Counted from the first letter of the stretch, positions 25,031 through 37,650 are shown. The stretch: DNA of 64,000 bases from Lama guanicoe (GCA_013239625.1 MU053513.1:3088927-3152926), one strand, 5' to 3'. Notes: generated by a model from the sequence alone, not told the origin. Made by a program: numbers and translations.

Positions 25031-25679
25031 ATTATTAGCAGGATGGTATATCTCACCAGAGATATTTGGACACTCAGAGGGACGGAGAGGGCAGTGCCCC
25101 CCACCCCCCATACCTCCTGAGGCTAGAGATGTTCTGGCACTGCAAAGCATGCTGAGTTTGGAAGCAGTGGAGGACCAGGCAGTAGCCTGATTAACTTACA
25201 CGTGAGGAATCCCAATCTCAGTATACTCAATCACTCCTTTTTTTTTTCCCCTCTTCAGTGCTCTGCCTAGGAATGGTTTGTGGTCCACACAGCAGTAGCA
25301 CCTGACACAGGTCCGCACCCCTACTCTAACTTGGAAGTCATGCTGCCCCAGGGTACTTAGCTCCTCTGGAATCCCACAGGATACAGGGAGGGAGTCACAG
25401 AACACCACATACTAGGATTCTTCTGTAAGTATCAGGAACTCCCAACTCCCCTATACAGGTGATGTTATAGGACATGCAAAATTTGCATTAAGACATAACT
25501 TCTTTGCCTGGATTGAATGATAGGCTGAAAGGATTGAGTGAAACAGCAAAAGCAATGAGTTCCTAAGGAGGTCATGGCCCCCAGGTTAGGACAGATACCC
25601 TGAGTAGCCATCTTTGACACTCCACACCTCAAGTGATGACAGGAGCACCTCCTGCCTTGGGAAGTATGGAGGGCAAGGT

Positions 25680-26830
25680 GACAGGGGGGACACTGACCTC
25701 TCTCTTCTCCCTCAGGACCCGTGGTGATGCCTGGATTGATAATACCCTCATCAAAACCAGCACTGCTGTAGCCAAGGAAGATGACCTGAAACAAAGTGGG
25801 ATCTGCCACCCAAGGCTGAGAACCCTTTTGTCCCAGATCCCACCTTGGTGGCCTTGCCGATACAACTGACATAGGACATCCTTAGGCCATCGATGGATCT
25901 GCCACTGAGCGATCCCACTGATAAGAGTTCAGGTACAGGATCATTCTAGAGTCTTCTGTTTTAATGTCACACATGACATGATTGGAAAGGACCCCACAGA
26001 CGGTCAAGTGCTACCAACTCATATAGGCAATCCAGGCAGAGGCAGAGGTATAAGTTCTTCTCTTCAAGCCACAAGTTGTCAACAACAGGCAGAGACAAGG
26101 CATAGCTGGATTAGTCAAGGATGGAACCACCATACCCTGGTGGGGGGCACATTTTCTCACCTGGAATATGTTTCTTTGTGGACCTCAGTGGGCAATGGCC
26201 TTTCCCCTGGAGAAAAGTCTTGCTGCCTCAGGGTCCTAGGACCCACTGTCCAAGTGGATAACTGCATGGTAGGTTAGAGAGTCCCCACTCCGCCTGCCCA
26301 TCGCAGGATGGCAGGTGACATCCTTCCTAAGGGGAACACTGAAAATTAGTTCCATTTAACTGTCTGAAATTGAATACCAGGATAGCATACAGGCCCTGGA
26401 AAAGATGATAACCACTTTGTCCTCAAACACGGCAGAAATGGCTAACTCCACCCTCCAGGCCGTGTAGGATCAACACAGAACAGGGCTTTCACTGAGCTCA
26501 CTAGCCAAACTGCTGATGGGTAACCAGATCCCCCGGATCACCTGCTGGCAGAACAGAGTGCTGCTGTGTGTACATCAGCAATTCCAGGAAAGCGAAAACT
26601 GCGCTGGAGAAAAGCCATGCTCAAGCAGCATGGTCGTCATGTGTAAATCCACAGTCTCCTTCACACTCATTCTCTGACCTTTCAGCCGGCTAAACCCTGA
26701 CACTTGGGGCTCCTGGCTGAGTGTCATACTCAAGAAAGTCTGCTCATCCTCCTTAGAAGGTCGTGTTAGTGTCCCTGACCACATGCTGTCTCAACTGGGC
26801 AGGCAGGCTCTGTGAGGCTCTGTGGGGCCA
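25680..26830 (+). pseudogene. env: Decayed retroviral env remnant (SU N-terminus and gamma-type TM)
   Basis: AWIDNTLIKTSTAVAKEDDLKQSGICHP near 25730; across frameshifts at 26385-26640: IQALEKMITTLSSNTAEMANST, SLAKLLMGNQI..DHLLAEQ (ISD-like) and CCCVYISNSRKAKTALEKSHAQAAW; then WGSWL and a hydrophobic segment. Confidence 0.75.
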
Positions 26831-26933
26831 GGACCACACAGGACACCTCTCTGCCTCCATGTTCAGAGTAGCCATTGGTCCTGTCGGGTGTGACATGTTT
26901 TGTTTGCATTCCCAGTAAGGGCTGGGGGTGGAC

Positions 26934-27497
26934 TGCTGGGGCAGCAACCATCACGTGACCTGTATCCTCCCCTCAGGATAGCCAATGGGTGCTGTGGGAC
27001 TGGAACATTCTCTTATATGGAGGCCAGGAGCTAAGCTGCCACTTGGCCCCAACCTCGTTTTCCTTATTCTGGGAGACAGTGAACTTCCTTGTATTGTTTA
27101 AGCGTGTGTGTTATATGGCAACTGGCCAGCCCCACCAGTATATCCAGCTGCTGCTTCTCCACAGGGAAAGCAAGGGGTCTTTGCCTGCAGAGGGCTGTGT
27201 GCAGTCCACCCCCACCACCGTGTCAGCTACCAGGAGGGACGCGCTGGTCGTGAGAGACAAGCGTATGCTATAGACGCTGATCTTGCTGCACCACCTCTCC
27301 GTTCTGAGGAAAGCCCTGTTCCAACCAGCACTTCTTGTGTCGAGTCCTCCTCGGAAACTCAGAGCCCACAGGTGCTGCAGCAGGCTGAGGTCTGCGGGCT
27401 CCCTCTTCAGGGAGCTGGCACTGTGATGCTGTTTGCTGTCCTCTGTGGAGTAGAAATCCTTCCTGGAACTGGTCACTGGATCTTCCTGTTCTGTATA
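26934..27497 (+). mobile_element. 3' LTR of the provirus (MER74/MER73-like)
   Basis: Starts with TG directly after an ERV-L-style PPT (aagggctgggggtggac, 26917-26933); motifs ctggccagccccac and gctgatcttgct...aaagccctgttccaaccagcactt recall MER74-group LTRs. The end is approximate. Confidence 0.75.
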
Positions 27498-27689
27498 TAA
27501 TAACGTCAGGGAGCAAACACTGTTATGTGGAAACATAAAGCAGTTTAAGGAAAAAGAGGGACTTGGGGAGAATTACAGAAAATGAAGTTAGGTCATATAA
27601 GGCCTTTAAGACGATATAAAGACTGTGGATGTTCTAATGTGATGAGAACAGTTGGAGGGAGAACACACGTCACCTGCTCATGTGGATAG

Positions 27690-27960
27690 GCCCCAGGCAC
27701 ACAACCCATGGCTCGTAACACTAACAGGAGGCTGCCTCCTTGAATGGGCAGTCAGCCCTTTCATCACTGTGTCATCTCAGAAGACGCCACTGATCCATTA
27801 CCAAGTGTCCTTGTGGAATCTTTAGTCTAACTTCTTGATGCTACTGAAAATAATAATAATAATAATACCTTCCTCAGCATCACGGTAAGGAATAAATAAA
27901 ATAATCCACGCAAAACGCTTGAAACAGTGCACACCATTAGAACACAATAAATGTTTATTA
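27690..27960 (+). mobile_element. MIR SINE (degenerate)
   Basis: aataataccttcctcagcatcacggtaaggaataaataaaataatccacgcaaaacgcttgaaacagtgc is the MIR 3' half. Confidence 0.55.
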
Positions 27961-28116
27961 TGTCAACACGTGGTAAAATATAAGATGAGAAAAGCTCATT
28001 TAACACATAGAGTTTACTGTAAATAAAGACAAACTCTTGACTTTATTTCCATTTCAGATTTGCCATAAAGTCTACACTTTGAACAACACAGTTCTTGCCA
28101 TATTCCCTTTAGCTAC

Positions 28117-28343
28117 TGTCTTAGCTCAGGGTGCTACAGCAAAAATAACACAGATTAGGTGGTTTAAACAAACACTCATTTCTCACAGTTCTGGAGGCTG
28201 GAAAGTCCAAGATCAAGGTGCTAGAGATCCACTGTCTGATGCATAGATAGTCACCTTCTCAATGGAGCCTCACATGGCCAAGAGGAAAAGAAGAGAGACA
28301 GGGACAGAGACAAAGAGACAGAGAGACAAAGACAGACAGAGAA

Positions 28344-28384
<41 letters not shown>

Positions 28385-28569
28385 CAGACAGACAGAGGGG
28401 AAGCAAGCTCTCCCCTATCTCTTCTTACAAGAGTACTAATCTCATCATAAAGGCCTCAGCCCTATGATCTAATTATCTCCCAAAAGTCCCATCTCCAGAT
28501 ATCATCACATTGAATATTAGAGTTTCAACATATGAATTTTGGGGGAAAACAAACATGCAATCCATAACA
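28117..28569 (-). mobile_element. MLT1A/B-like MaLR solo LTR with internal (GA)n expansion
   Basis: tgtcttagctc...ctcacagttctggaggctggaaagtccaagatcaagg...catgcaatccataaca; 5-bp TSD gctac/gttac. Confidence 0.9.
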
Positions 28570-29089
28570 GTTACCGTGTACCTCTTCAACACCGTCTGTT
28601 ATTAAGAGAGTCGAAAATTCATATTTTTTAACCAAAGCAGACACAATATCACTGCTGCCAAGAGAAATACTGCTAATTGCCTGGAGGCCCCATGATGGCT
28701 TTTAATGTTGATTAAAAGCCAGGCCCCAGGGACAGTCAGTCTTCCCCAGAGGGAGTTGTTCGGGCCTCTCCCTGCTGCTCGGGCTCCTGTAACGCCAGCT
28801 TCCTTATTTACACATCCACCCACATCTTTGAGGACGTGCATTTCACACAGTCTATCACAACCGGCACACAAAAATCTTAAAGATGATGCCAGAGATCTAT
28901 TTCCTACATCAAAACTTCCCTTTTAAAAAACCTGGGATACTTTGAATTTTGTTTTAGTCGTTTTCTTACGTGTCTCTGGGTTTTGGAAGTACGGGGTCTA
29001 GTTTACTGAAGGCATGAATGTTACACGGCTCCTGGACTCAAGAAGGCTGAAACAAGACATTTATCAAAGGTCTTGGCTGCAGGTGTTTA

Positions 29090-29320
29090 GAACTACCATT
29101 TGAATGTCCACTAGGTGCTAGGTACCTGATATGTATATTCTTTTTTAATTCTTAACAGAACATGGCAAGGTAGATATTATTATCCCCATATTACAGACAA
29201 GCTAATAGAAATACAGACCAGTGCCATCATTTGCTCAGAATAAAGGCAGAGCTGGGTCTAAAACTCATGGTTCTGACTCCAAGGCCCACACTCTTTCTTT
29301 TGTTAGATGCTGCTTCCTAG
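29090..29320 (-). mobile_element. MIR SINE
   Basis: aaggtagatattattatccccatattacagacaag...ggttctgactccaaggccc. Confidence 0.75.
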
Positions 29321-31159
29321 AGCAAGTCAGAGAACAGTACCCTTTGTGTGAGTAAGGAGATGCTCCCTTCATTTAGGGGAAAAAAAAATGGACTTCATCA
29401 TGAAATGTATTCACTTATGTCTGTAAGAGACATTCATTTCCCACCAAAGGGGAAAAAAATGAAAGAAAGACTTCCCCTAAGGGCATCACTTACCATGTTT
29501 CATGGTTAGTAATTAATTCCATTTGAAACAGGGCTTAAGGTTAATGAGTGAGTGAGAGAAAGAGGGAAAGAGCCGTAGGGGAGAGGCACAAAAAGGCACT
29601 AAAGAGACGGAAGGACACGGAGAGGAAAAGTATTAAGAAAATAGAAGACTTTTTGTGTTCTGTTTCTCTTGAAATATTAGAAGTAACTTCCTTATCAGCA
29701 AGACTCTCGAGACAAAACTCTAAAAACATCTTTCAAGACAAAGAAATGAGGCCCTATACTATTTGGGAGGTTCTATATTAACTTCAGGCTTGCAAATCCA
29801 GTAAGATTTCCAGACAGAATCCCAGGAGACCTCGCTGTCTCCAATACCAGCAAGAAGATTTACACTAACTGAATGTGGCTCTTCAGCAGGGCCTGCTCCA
29901 TTGGCTCCATCTGTCTAAATAGGACTCTAACATACAAACCAGGAATTAAATAAGGAGAGTGGGGCGGTCAGTGTCGGTGATACCTTAGCAAGGACACAAG
30001 CCATATCCTGACTGGTGTTTAAAAATATATCAGAATGAAGCAGATCTTGCTGTTAAAGAAAAGCAGAGAAACAATAAGGAATCATCCCCAGATCTACAAA
30101 AGCTGAGAAGATGCCAGAAGCAGTTCACGACAAAGGTTTTGAACCCCGCTGCAAGAGTCTGCTGTCTGCTGATAGGAAACACATGCCTTGTACAGAAAAA
30201 TTCACTTCTGATCCTCTGCGTGTATTCTAGGTACTAAAAGAAGATGACAAAAGATGCTTTATGGCTCCTCCCAGATGCACCACAGAGTCTTGCACTGTGA
30301 GTTGAAAGAAGTTCAATGTGAAGCTGAGTCGCAAACCGCCATTCATCTTCTGATCACCAGCACTCAGTGTTTCATTATCTCACTGCATCTGTGCCTAAAC
30401 ATTTTCAAATCCTCAGGCCTTGCCAAAGCCATGGACAATTCGATGGGATGCAGGGCAGAGCAATGCAAACGTAGCCCAAAAGCACAGCGAGACACACCTG
30501 TGTCCTCCAGCGGAGGAAAGATGTGGGATTGGACTGGACACTGAATGGTTGTATAACTTGAGAACACTTCTAAATCACACCTTCAAGGAGTCACGAAACA
30601 CCATTCAGTGAGAAACAAGGCCCATCTCATGTTTCCTGTTGTCACTGTAACTATTTCCATCTCACACTTAGCCACTGTTCCTTACAGTTGTCTGCAAGTT
30701 AAATACATCTTTCCAGGAGTTCCAGGTAAATGCTTCATAGCCAGAAAAGAAAAGGGCTCCCATGGAGATCTTGTCTCATGTACATTTCAATTATAAAGTG
30801 TTCAAAACTTGCCACTGGGTCTTAGGAAGTACAGGTAAAAACAGAACAGGTGAATGAAAGCCCCATTTACACAAACAAATAAAAATTATTTTGACTCACT
30901 AAATATCGGCCCTTTCCCTCACCAGATCTTTCACCAGTATGTGCTGTTTCAGCAGTACTGGTTGTTGGTAAATTGCTGCAAGGACCCCGTGCTTCCCCAA
31001 GATCCAGCAACTAAACAGTGAATAGCTAGCTGGTGGAGCAGAACCCAGACCAAGGTGATTCTGGGCTGTACTCATATTCCACCTACAGGCAAGGAGCCTA
31101 CAGATGTGAGTCCCACTTCCACTTCCTGTCCAATGTTATAACTACTCTAATAGTTGAAT

Positions 31160-32230
31160 TGGTCATTCATTTACTCCACAAAGAGTTACTGAAGTTCTTG
31201 TATGGATTAGACATTGTGCAGGCCCTGGTGATGCAGATAAACAGGAAACACAGCTCCCTGATCTCCTGGATTCATAGACTGAAGGGCAGGGAGAGACAAA
31301 CCAAAAACTGCAGCCCAGCATTGTCATCAGAACAGTGGTAGAGAAGTCTGGGGTACAATGGAAACACCTAATCTAAAATGAGAAAATTAGCCAAGAAGAG
31401 ACAAGGGAAAGGAGTCCTGTGAGGCATAAAGAAAGTCTGGTTTGGCTGGTGGGTATGGGGCTGGAGCTGATGGGGAAAAAAGCAAGAGATGAGGCTGGAA
31501 GGACTGCAGCATCCAGAAACTGCAGGTCCTTGTAGGCCACATAAAGGAATATGGACTTGATCCTAAGAGCAAGAATCTTTTATGTTCTACAAAGATCATA
31601 TTGGCTGTGCTAAAGAGAAGGGCCTGGAGGAGAGCAAGACTACGGACAATGAGGAAGGAAGTAGGGAGACTGACGCAGACCCAGATAGAGAGATGACAGT
31701 GTCCTGGGCTAGGGCAGCAGCAGAGAGTGTGGAGAGAAGAGGATGAATTCAAAAGGTTTAGAAGCAAAATTGATGGGGCCTGGGTATTAACTAGGGGATA
31801 TTGTCTGGGTACCTGGCTTAGATAAATGGATGGATGTTAGCACCTCCCTAAGATCTGAAGGCAAGACAGACAAAAACAAACATGGGAGGGGGAAGAGTGT
31901 GAGTTCCACTGAGGACATGCCGAGCTTTGAGGTACATGCAGAGCAACCCAGTGCAGTCATAAAGGCAGCTGAGTTAATGAGGTCAGGAGACGGGTTAGGG
32001 GAGAAGACAAGTTTGGGTTTCATCAGTCTAAAGGTGGTAAATGAAGCCATAAACGTGGATGGGATCATGCAAGGAAAGTGCAAAGTGAGAAGGGGAGGGA
32101 AGGGAAGGAAGAAGGCCAAGGTCAGAACCATGAGATCACTCACATTTAGGGCTGGCCAACTGAGAGGAGCCCGCTGAGGGGTCCCAGAGAAAGGCCAGAG
32201 GATGGTAAAATGAGGCCAAGTGCCAACCAG
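31160..32230 (-). mobile_element. L2 LINE, about 1.07-kb 3' portion
   Basis: cattcatttactcc...gatgaggctggaagg...ccttgtaggccacataaaggaatatggactt...gaggtcaggagacggg...gatgggatc, all reverse-complement L2 motifs. Confidence 0.85.
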
Positions 32231-32429
32231 CAGCCACTTGGTGATCAATAGTCCCAGTGCCTAAAACCTGAACAGGGTTTGAATTGTGGGTCCAGGACCA
32301 CAAAGGTAAAGAGTACAGAGAAAAAGGGAAATTCTGGGAGAAAAATTTAATTCACTCGATCTTCAGTTCCAAGAATGGATGATGGCAGCCAGAAACCTTG
32401 TTAGCCACTTCCTGGTCAAATAGGTTGAG

Positions 32430-32770
32430 AGCGGCTGTGGCAGAGAAATAGAACGCAAGCCACAAACAGAAATAGAATGTAAACCACATGCGTAATTTTA
32501 AACTTTCTGGTAGTTACATTAAAAAAGTAAAAATAAACAGGAAAAATTAATTTTAATATCTTACTTTATATAACCTAATATAGCAAAATCTTATCATTCA
32601 CTAAGTAACGAATATAAAAATGTTAATGAGCTATATTACGTTCCTCTCGTTTGGTGTTAAGTCTGTAGTCTGGTGTGTATGTCACTCACAGCAGCTCTGA
32701 TTTGGACAAGCCACATTTCAAGTGCTCGGGTGTCACGTGGAACAGGCAGCTACCATAATGGACGATGCAG
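32430..32770 (+). mobile_element. MER33 hAT DNA transposon with a short internal tandem duplication
   Basis: gtaattttaaactttctggtagttacattaaaaaagtaaaaataaacagg...gccacatttcaagtgctc; agaaatagaa(cgcaag/tgtaaa)ccaca occurs twice near the 5' end. Confidence 0.85.
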
Positions 32771-33700
32771 TTTACAGTTTATACACAAACACTTTACCTC
32801 TTCCCAAATTTTACCTAAACAAATAAAAACTGAAGAAGTGTATGATCAATAGCTATCTGAAAGGCCTAGGTAACAAGCAGGATATCAAATGCAGATGAAG
32901 GAGAATTGGAACAATTAGGGAGGGTTTTTTTAACACTGTCACAAAAGGAAAAGAAGTTGAAGACAGGCTGACCTCGCACTGGTTGCTGAACAGTGCAGCA
33001 GATGACAGCTGCTGTGAAATGGAGATCAGAGCTGGTTCCCTATTAGGAATAAGTCAATGCAGCTTTTTAATACCCAGTAGGTGGAGTACGGCATGTCACC
33101 ATCCAGGGACACGCTACACTATGCAAGGTCAGGTGGGGGTAACTGCAACCTACCCGTGGAAACAGGCCCCTCCTCGGCCCAGTCAATGCATCTAAAACAC
33201 TTCTAGCTGGAGCATCTCAAAAGCTTTTAGTCATCACCTTGAAAGGGTGCCTTTGACTTCCTCATCACGGGGATGCTAACAGGACCTGGCTCGGACTTTC
33301 CTCTTGTCCCGAGCTCATCATCAGTGAGACGGTCTCCCCAAGGAGGAAGGGCGGACAGAGACGAACCGAACCTCCCAGCTCAGGATCACCTGGCACTCCA
33401 GTAATCACAGTCAGGAGCCCCGCTCAATGCGCTGGCCTCACTTCTTCAGCTTTTGAGACCCCACAGCTGCCCCTGAAACTTAGAGCATTCTTTTTCTCTT
33501 CGGGTAACTCCGAAAGCTGTTACTTAGAAACTCTCACCCCTGAGAGAGGAAAGGGGAAAATGTTGACCCCTAAACCTACGAAATGGAAGCAGATTCACGC
33601 CTACCCCTCCAGCCCTGTCTCTCCCATGTCCTGACCTCCTATTTTATACCGTGGTAATAACATACAGCTGGTAGGCCCTCTCTCTCTCACATGGGAGTGA

Positions 33701-33738
33701 GCACGTGTGCGCGCGCGCGCACACACACACATACACAT
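33701..33738. repeat. Alternating purine-pyrimidine (GT)(GC)n(AC)n tract
   Basis: gcacgtgtgcgcgcgcgcgcacacacacacatacacat. Confidence 0.95.
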
Positions 33739-33744
33739 CCCTAA

Positions 33745-34020
33745 GAGGAGAGACAGAATAGTGGTTGTGTAGTTAATAGACTAGGCTTTGAGGACAAATT
33801 CAAATCCTAGTGCTGACATTCGCTACCTGTATAATCTTTGGCAAATGACTTGACCTCTGCAACTGAATTTCCTTATCTGAAAAACGGGGAGAATAACCAC
33901 GCCAACCTCACAAAGATATGTGAGGACTAAGATGAGGTAATGTACTGAACGAAGTGTAACAGAAATTAAAATGAGTGGCACTGGCCCTGGAACATGCTAA
34001 GAAGCACATGCGTGATTACT
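33745..34020 (+). mobile_element. MIR SINE, near full length
   Basis: ttcaaatcctag...ggcaaatgacttgacctctgc...tttccttatctgaaaaacgggga. Confidence 0.8.
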
Positions 34021-34299
34021 GTTATCTATGACACCACCACTGGGTGCTCCACAGGTGGTAGCTACGATTATTGTTCTTAAAACCCCTCCTCCTTCCTTCA
34101 CAGCTCACCTCAGCTATACCTCACTCTGCTGGCTTTTCCTGTCAGTGCCACTCGACCAGCCCTCTATGTACCACACACGAAGGCACATTCCCTTAGATGC
34201 GATGCCCCTTCCTGTGCAGCTGGTAGTTCCCACTTTTCCCATTCTTAAGTCAGCTGTACTGGGTACAGTACCTATGTTTGTCTTTGTCACTTTCCTACA

Positions 34300-35330
34300 G
34301 CAATGCTTCTTAATGCCTTGAGGAGGTAAAACTTGAGCAGAAACATGAAAGAAGAGAGAGAAGGAACCATGTAGATATCTGAGGGAAGAATGTCCCAGGC
34401 GTGTTTAAGAAACAGGAAGAGAGATGGTGTAACTGGAGCAGAGTGAATGAGGCAGAGAGAGGAGAGGAGGTCAGAAATGCAAACCCAAGGGGGCCAGACA
34501 GTAAGGCCTGTAACCTGTGGGAAGGCATGTGGAATCTTTTTTTTCTGAGTAATATATAAACGTCCTGAAGGGCTTGTGCAGGGAAGTGGTGTGATCCGAC
34601 CCACATTTTTAAAGGCCATTCTGGCTGCCGTGTTGAGAACAAAACAGTGGAGAGGGAGCAACGGTGGACACCGGGAGACCAGGTGAAAGGCTTGGGTATC
34701 AGTGGTATAGGTGAAAGAGGATGGGGGGCAAGGTGGTGATGGCAGAGATCCCAACAGGACTCGCTGATGGACTGGATGAAAAAACAGAGAGCAACGCCTG
34801 GGCTTTGGCCCTAGAACTGATGTGGCAAGGCAAATAATGGCCCCCAAAGATATCTGTATCCTCATCCCCAAACCTGTGAATATGTTATCTTCCATGGCAA
34901 AAGGGACTTGTTGATGGGTTTAAATTAAGGATGTTGAGATGGAGATATTATCCTGGATTAAGTGGGTGGGCCCAGTGTAATCTCAAGGGTCATAAAGGAA
35001 AGATGGAGGCAGATGGGTCAGGATCAGAGAAGGAGATGTGACAGTGAAAGCAGAGACAGAGTGATGCAGGGCCAGCAGCCATGGATACAGCAGCCTCTAG
35101 AAGTTGGAAAGGCAAAGAAACAAAGACTCCAGAAGGAATGCAGCCCTGCCAACCCAACTTAGACCTCAGACCTCCAGTACTATGAAATAATAAAATTGGT
35201 GTTAAGTTAGAGGTAATTTGTTATAGCAGCAATAAGAGACTAATATACCTGAGTTCACTATGATGCCATTTATTGAGACAAGGAGCACTGGAGAAGGAGC
35301 AAGAATCAGGAGCTCTGTTGGGTCCTGCTG
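34300..35330 (-). mobile_element. L2 LINE fragment split by an MLT1D-like LTR
   Basis: gaggaggtaaaacttgagcagaaacatgaa...ggccattctggctgccgtgttgagaa...gctttggcccta; resumes at 35248 with gatgccatttattgagacaagg. Confidence 0.8.
34821..35247 (+). mobile_element. MLT1D-like MaLR solo LTR
   Basis: tgtggcaaggcaaataatggcccccaaagatatc...ggtaatttgttatagcagcaataagagactaatata; TSD actga/cctga. Confidence 0.9.
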
Positions 35331-35409
35331 GACATGAGGTGCTCATTGTCTATCCAAGCAGAGATAACCAAGTAGGCAGCTGATGACCAAGCCTTCAGCT
35401 TAGAGGGAA

Positions 35410-35570
35410 ACTGGGACTTCATGTGACCTTGAGCAAGTTCCTTAATTTCTCTGAGCTTCAATGACTTCCGTAAAATTGAGTCATTATCTTCTTTATCCAC
35501 CTCAAGGATCAAAGGAGACATTTTATGCAAGTGTTCTCAGAGTGTGCCACTAATACAAGGCACTTATTAG
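35410..35570 (+). mobile_element. MIR SINE
   Basis: tgtgaccttgagcaagttccttaatttctctgagcttcaatg. Confidence 0.75.
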
Positions 35571-37419
35571 TCCTATTAATTGGCCTCTAACCCAAAGGCA
35601 AAGAGAGTCATTTTTCAGAAACGTTTTAAAGTCTTCTGTCTCCACAAAGCTCAACGTATCCCATCAAGCTCCACAGTATGCACAGGGCAGCACTTGGGGC
35701 AGTAAATGGCCGGAATTCTCAAGGACACATCAGATTCCCCTGGGCATGTCCCATTAATAGACTGTAAGGAAAATCCCACCCTCGGCACTCTCACAACCTG
35801 CCTCTCGCTCCCAAAATCCAGCAACACCAAACTAGCTGGGACTAGCTTGTATTTAACAGCTGAGTGATGGGGATGTATATTTTATTTCCTACTAAATGAT
35901 TAGTGAGTTTGAAAGGGCCTTAGAGCCCAGATGGAGAAGTCCAAACTCCCCAAATGCAGGATCCATTCATTCACTCATTCATTCATTCGTTTATTGTGCA
36001 ACCATTTGCTGAGCCAGGGCTGAGGCCAAGCCCTATGGTTAGATCACCAGGTGGAGTGGAACACAAGGCAGGAAGGTGCTTCCAGGGCCTATTCCTCCTA
36101 CAGCCTCTCCTCCACCCTGTGAGGGGGGCATTTGCTCTTCACAAGGCTCTGGAGTCCTGTGGACCTGCCACGTTAAGGGGTGCTTTGGGGCCAATTCCCA
36201 AACCCACTTGAATCTCAGTTTCAGCATCCATGAAGTAGGCACTGAGCGTAGTAATTCATACTCATTAAGGGCTCAATAACTGGTAGCCTTATTCTTATAG
36301 TTACTGTTATTCAAGTATCACTTAATTTTTTTTATAAACAACCTAAAATATATCTTCCTGAAATATCCAGTATGACAGAGTAAGTAAAAGCCTCCTCCTC
36401 CTGCCAGCCTTAAAATATCCGAAGGCAGATTTTATTAACCCTCTTCATCTCTCTTCCAGGGCAAATATACTTAATTCCATTATCCTCCATCACAGAACCC
36501 AACTGCTAGAACTTTCTCCCATCCTCACCATGTGTTCCCATGTGTATTACGTTTGCCTGCAGCCCTCTTAAAATATGGCCCTCCATGGAACACAGTGGTC
36601 TGACCAATATCAAGTATAATGGAACCATTATAGAGTAAACATCCAGAATTAAAGGACTTAAAAACTGATGTTTCAATTATTCATGAGCAATCCCACAGAT
36701 CCATGACATGCTCCAGTGTGAAATTTCACTGAAGTACTAATTTGGGTCATCTGGATGCTGCAGCCAACGTCTGGGACAATCATTTAGGTCCCAGGGGCCC
36801 AGCATCTTTCTAGGAGATTCCCTCCTTGTCCTTGGGTGCAATAACACCTATGAAGTGATTACAAATTCAGATTCCTTGTGAAAATTTGCCATCAAGCAAG
36901 GGAAGACACTTAAGTGAAAAAGGCTTTGCACAGGAAGCACATGATCCCTAACAGAGGTATAATTTAGAACAAAGAAGGATCCGTATAAACATTTCCATAT
37001 TCACAAGTCTAAAGATCTGGGATGGCCTCAAACTGTATCTTTTGCAAATGTCATGCACCCTCTGTATCCATATCAATGAAGCCGAAGAATGCGCTGGATC
37101 TTCTGCACATGAATAGGCAGCATTGTGGGTACAAAACTGAATTAAGAGACAAGTCCCTGAGTTCCACACCCAGCTCTGCCAGGCACTGCCTGATTTGGGA
37201 AACTGACATTCTTCTGAGTCTCAATCTCTCTGCCTATAAAATGAGAGGTTGGAATAAGTCAGGGATCCTTCACCTGCTGTCCAGGGACAGATAGGTCAGG
37301 GGAGATGTTCACCCACTGAAGTTTTAAGGATATGGATATGTACATTTTTAGAATAAAAGAGCCATAGCATTTATCAAATTCTAGACATTGTGGTAAATAC
37401 TTTACATAATAATACCCAT

Positions 37420-37650
37420 AATAACTGCTAATACTGAAAAGCTTATTACATGCTTCAAAAATATTATTTCACTAAACCATAATATTCCAATGCAGTAGGT
37501 ACTGTTATTAACCCATTTTACTGATAAGAAAGCTGAGATTTAGAAAGATCAGGGAACTTGCTTGAGGCCACCAAGCATGGGAAAAGCAGATGTGGATTTC
37601 CACACAGGTCTGAATCCACAGAACCTATTCGTCTGCACTACACTATACTG
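37420..37650 (-). mobile_element. MIR SINE
   Basis: gtaggtactgttattaacccattttactgataagaaagctgagatttaga. Confidence 0.75.

Noticed and set aside
25300..25480. dUTPase remnant between integrase and env (NLEVMLPQG)
   Set aside because: Too short and degenerate to call without an HMM search.
25633..25869. Domesticated (syncytin-like) env gene
   Set aside because: The open stretch is only 78 aa, and the rest of env has stops, frameshifts and a deleted Cys loop.
31387..32248. 126-aa and 153-aa minus-strand ORFs
   Set aside because: Entirely within a decayed L2.
34287..34895. Longest ORF (202 aa, minus strand)
   Set aside because: It runs across an MLT1D-like LTR and an L2 fragment; no coherent domain.
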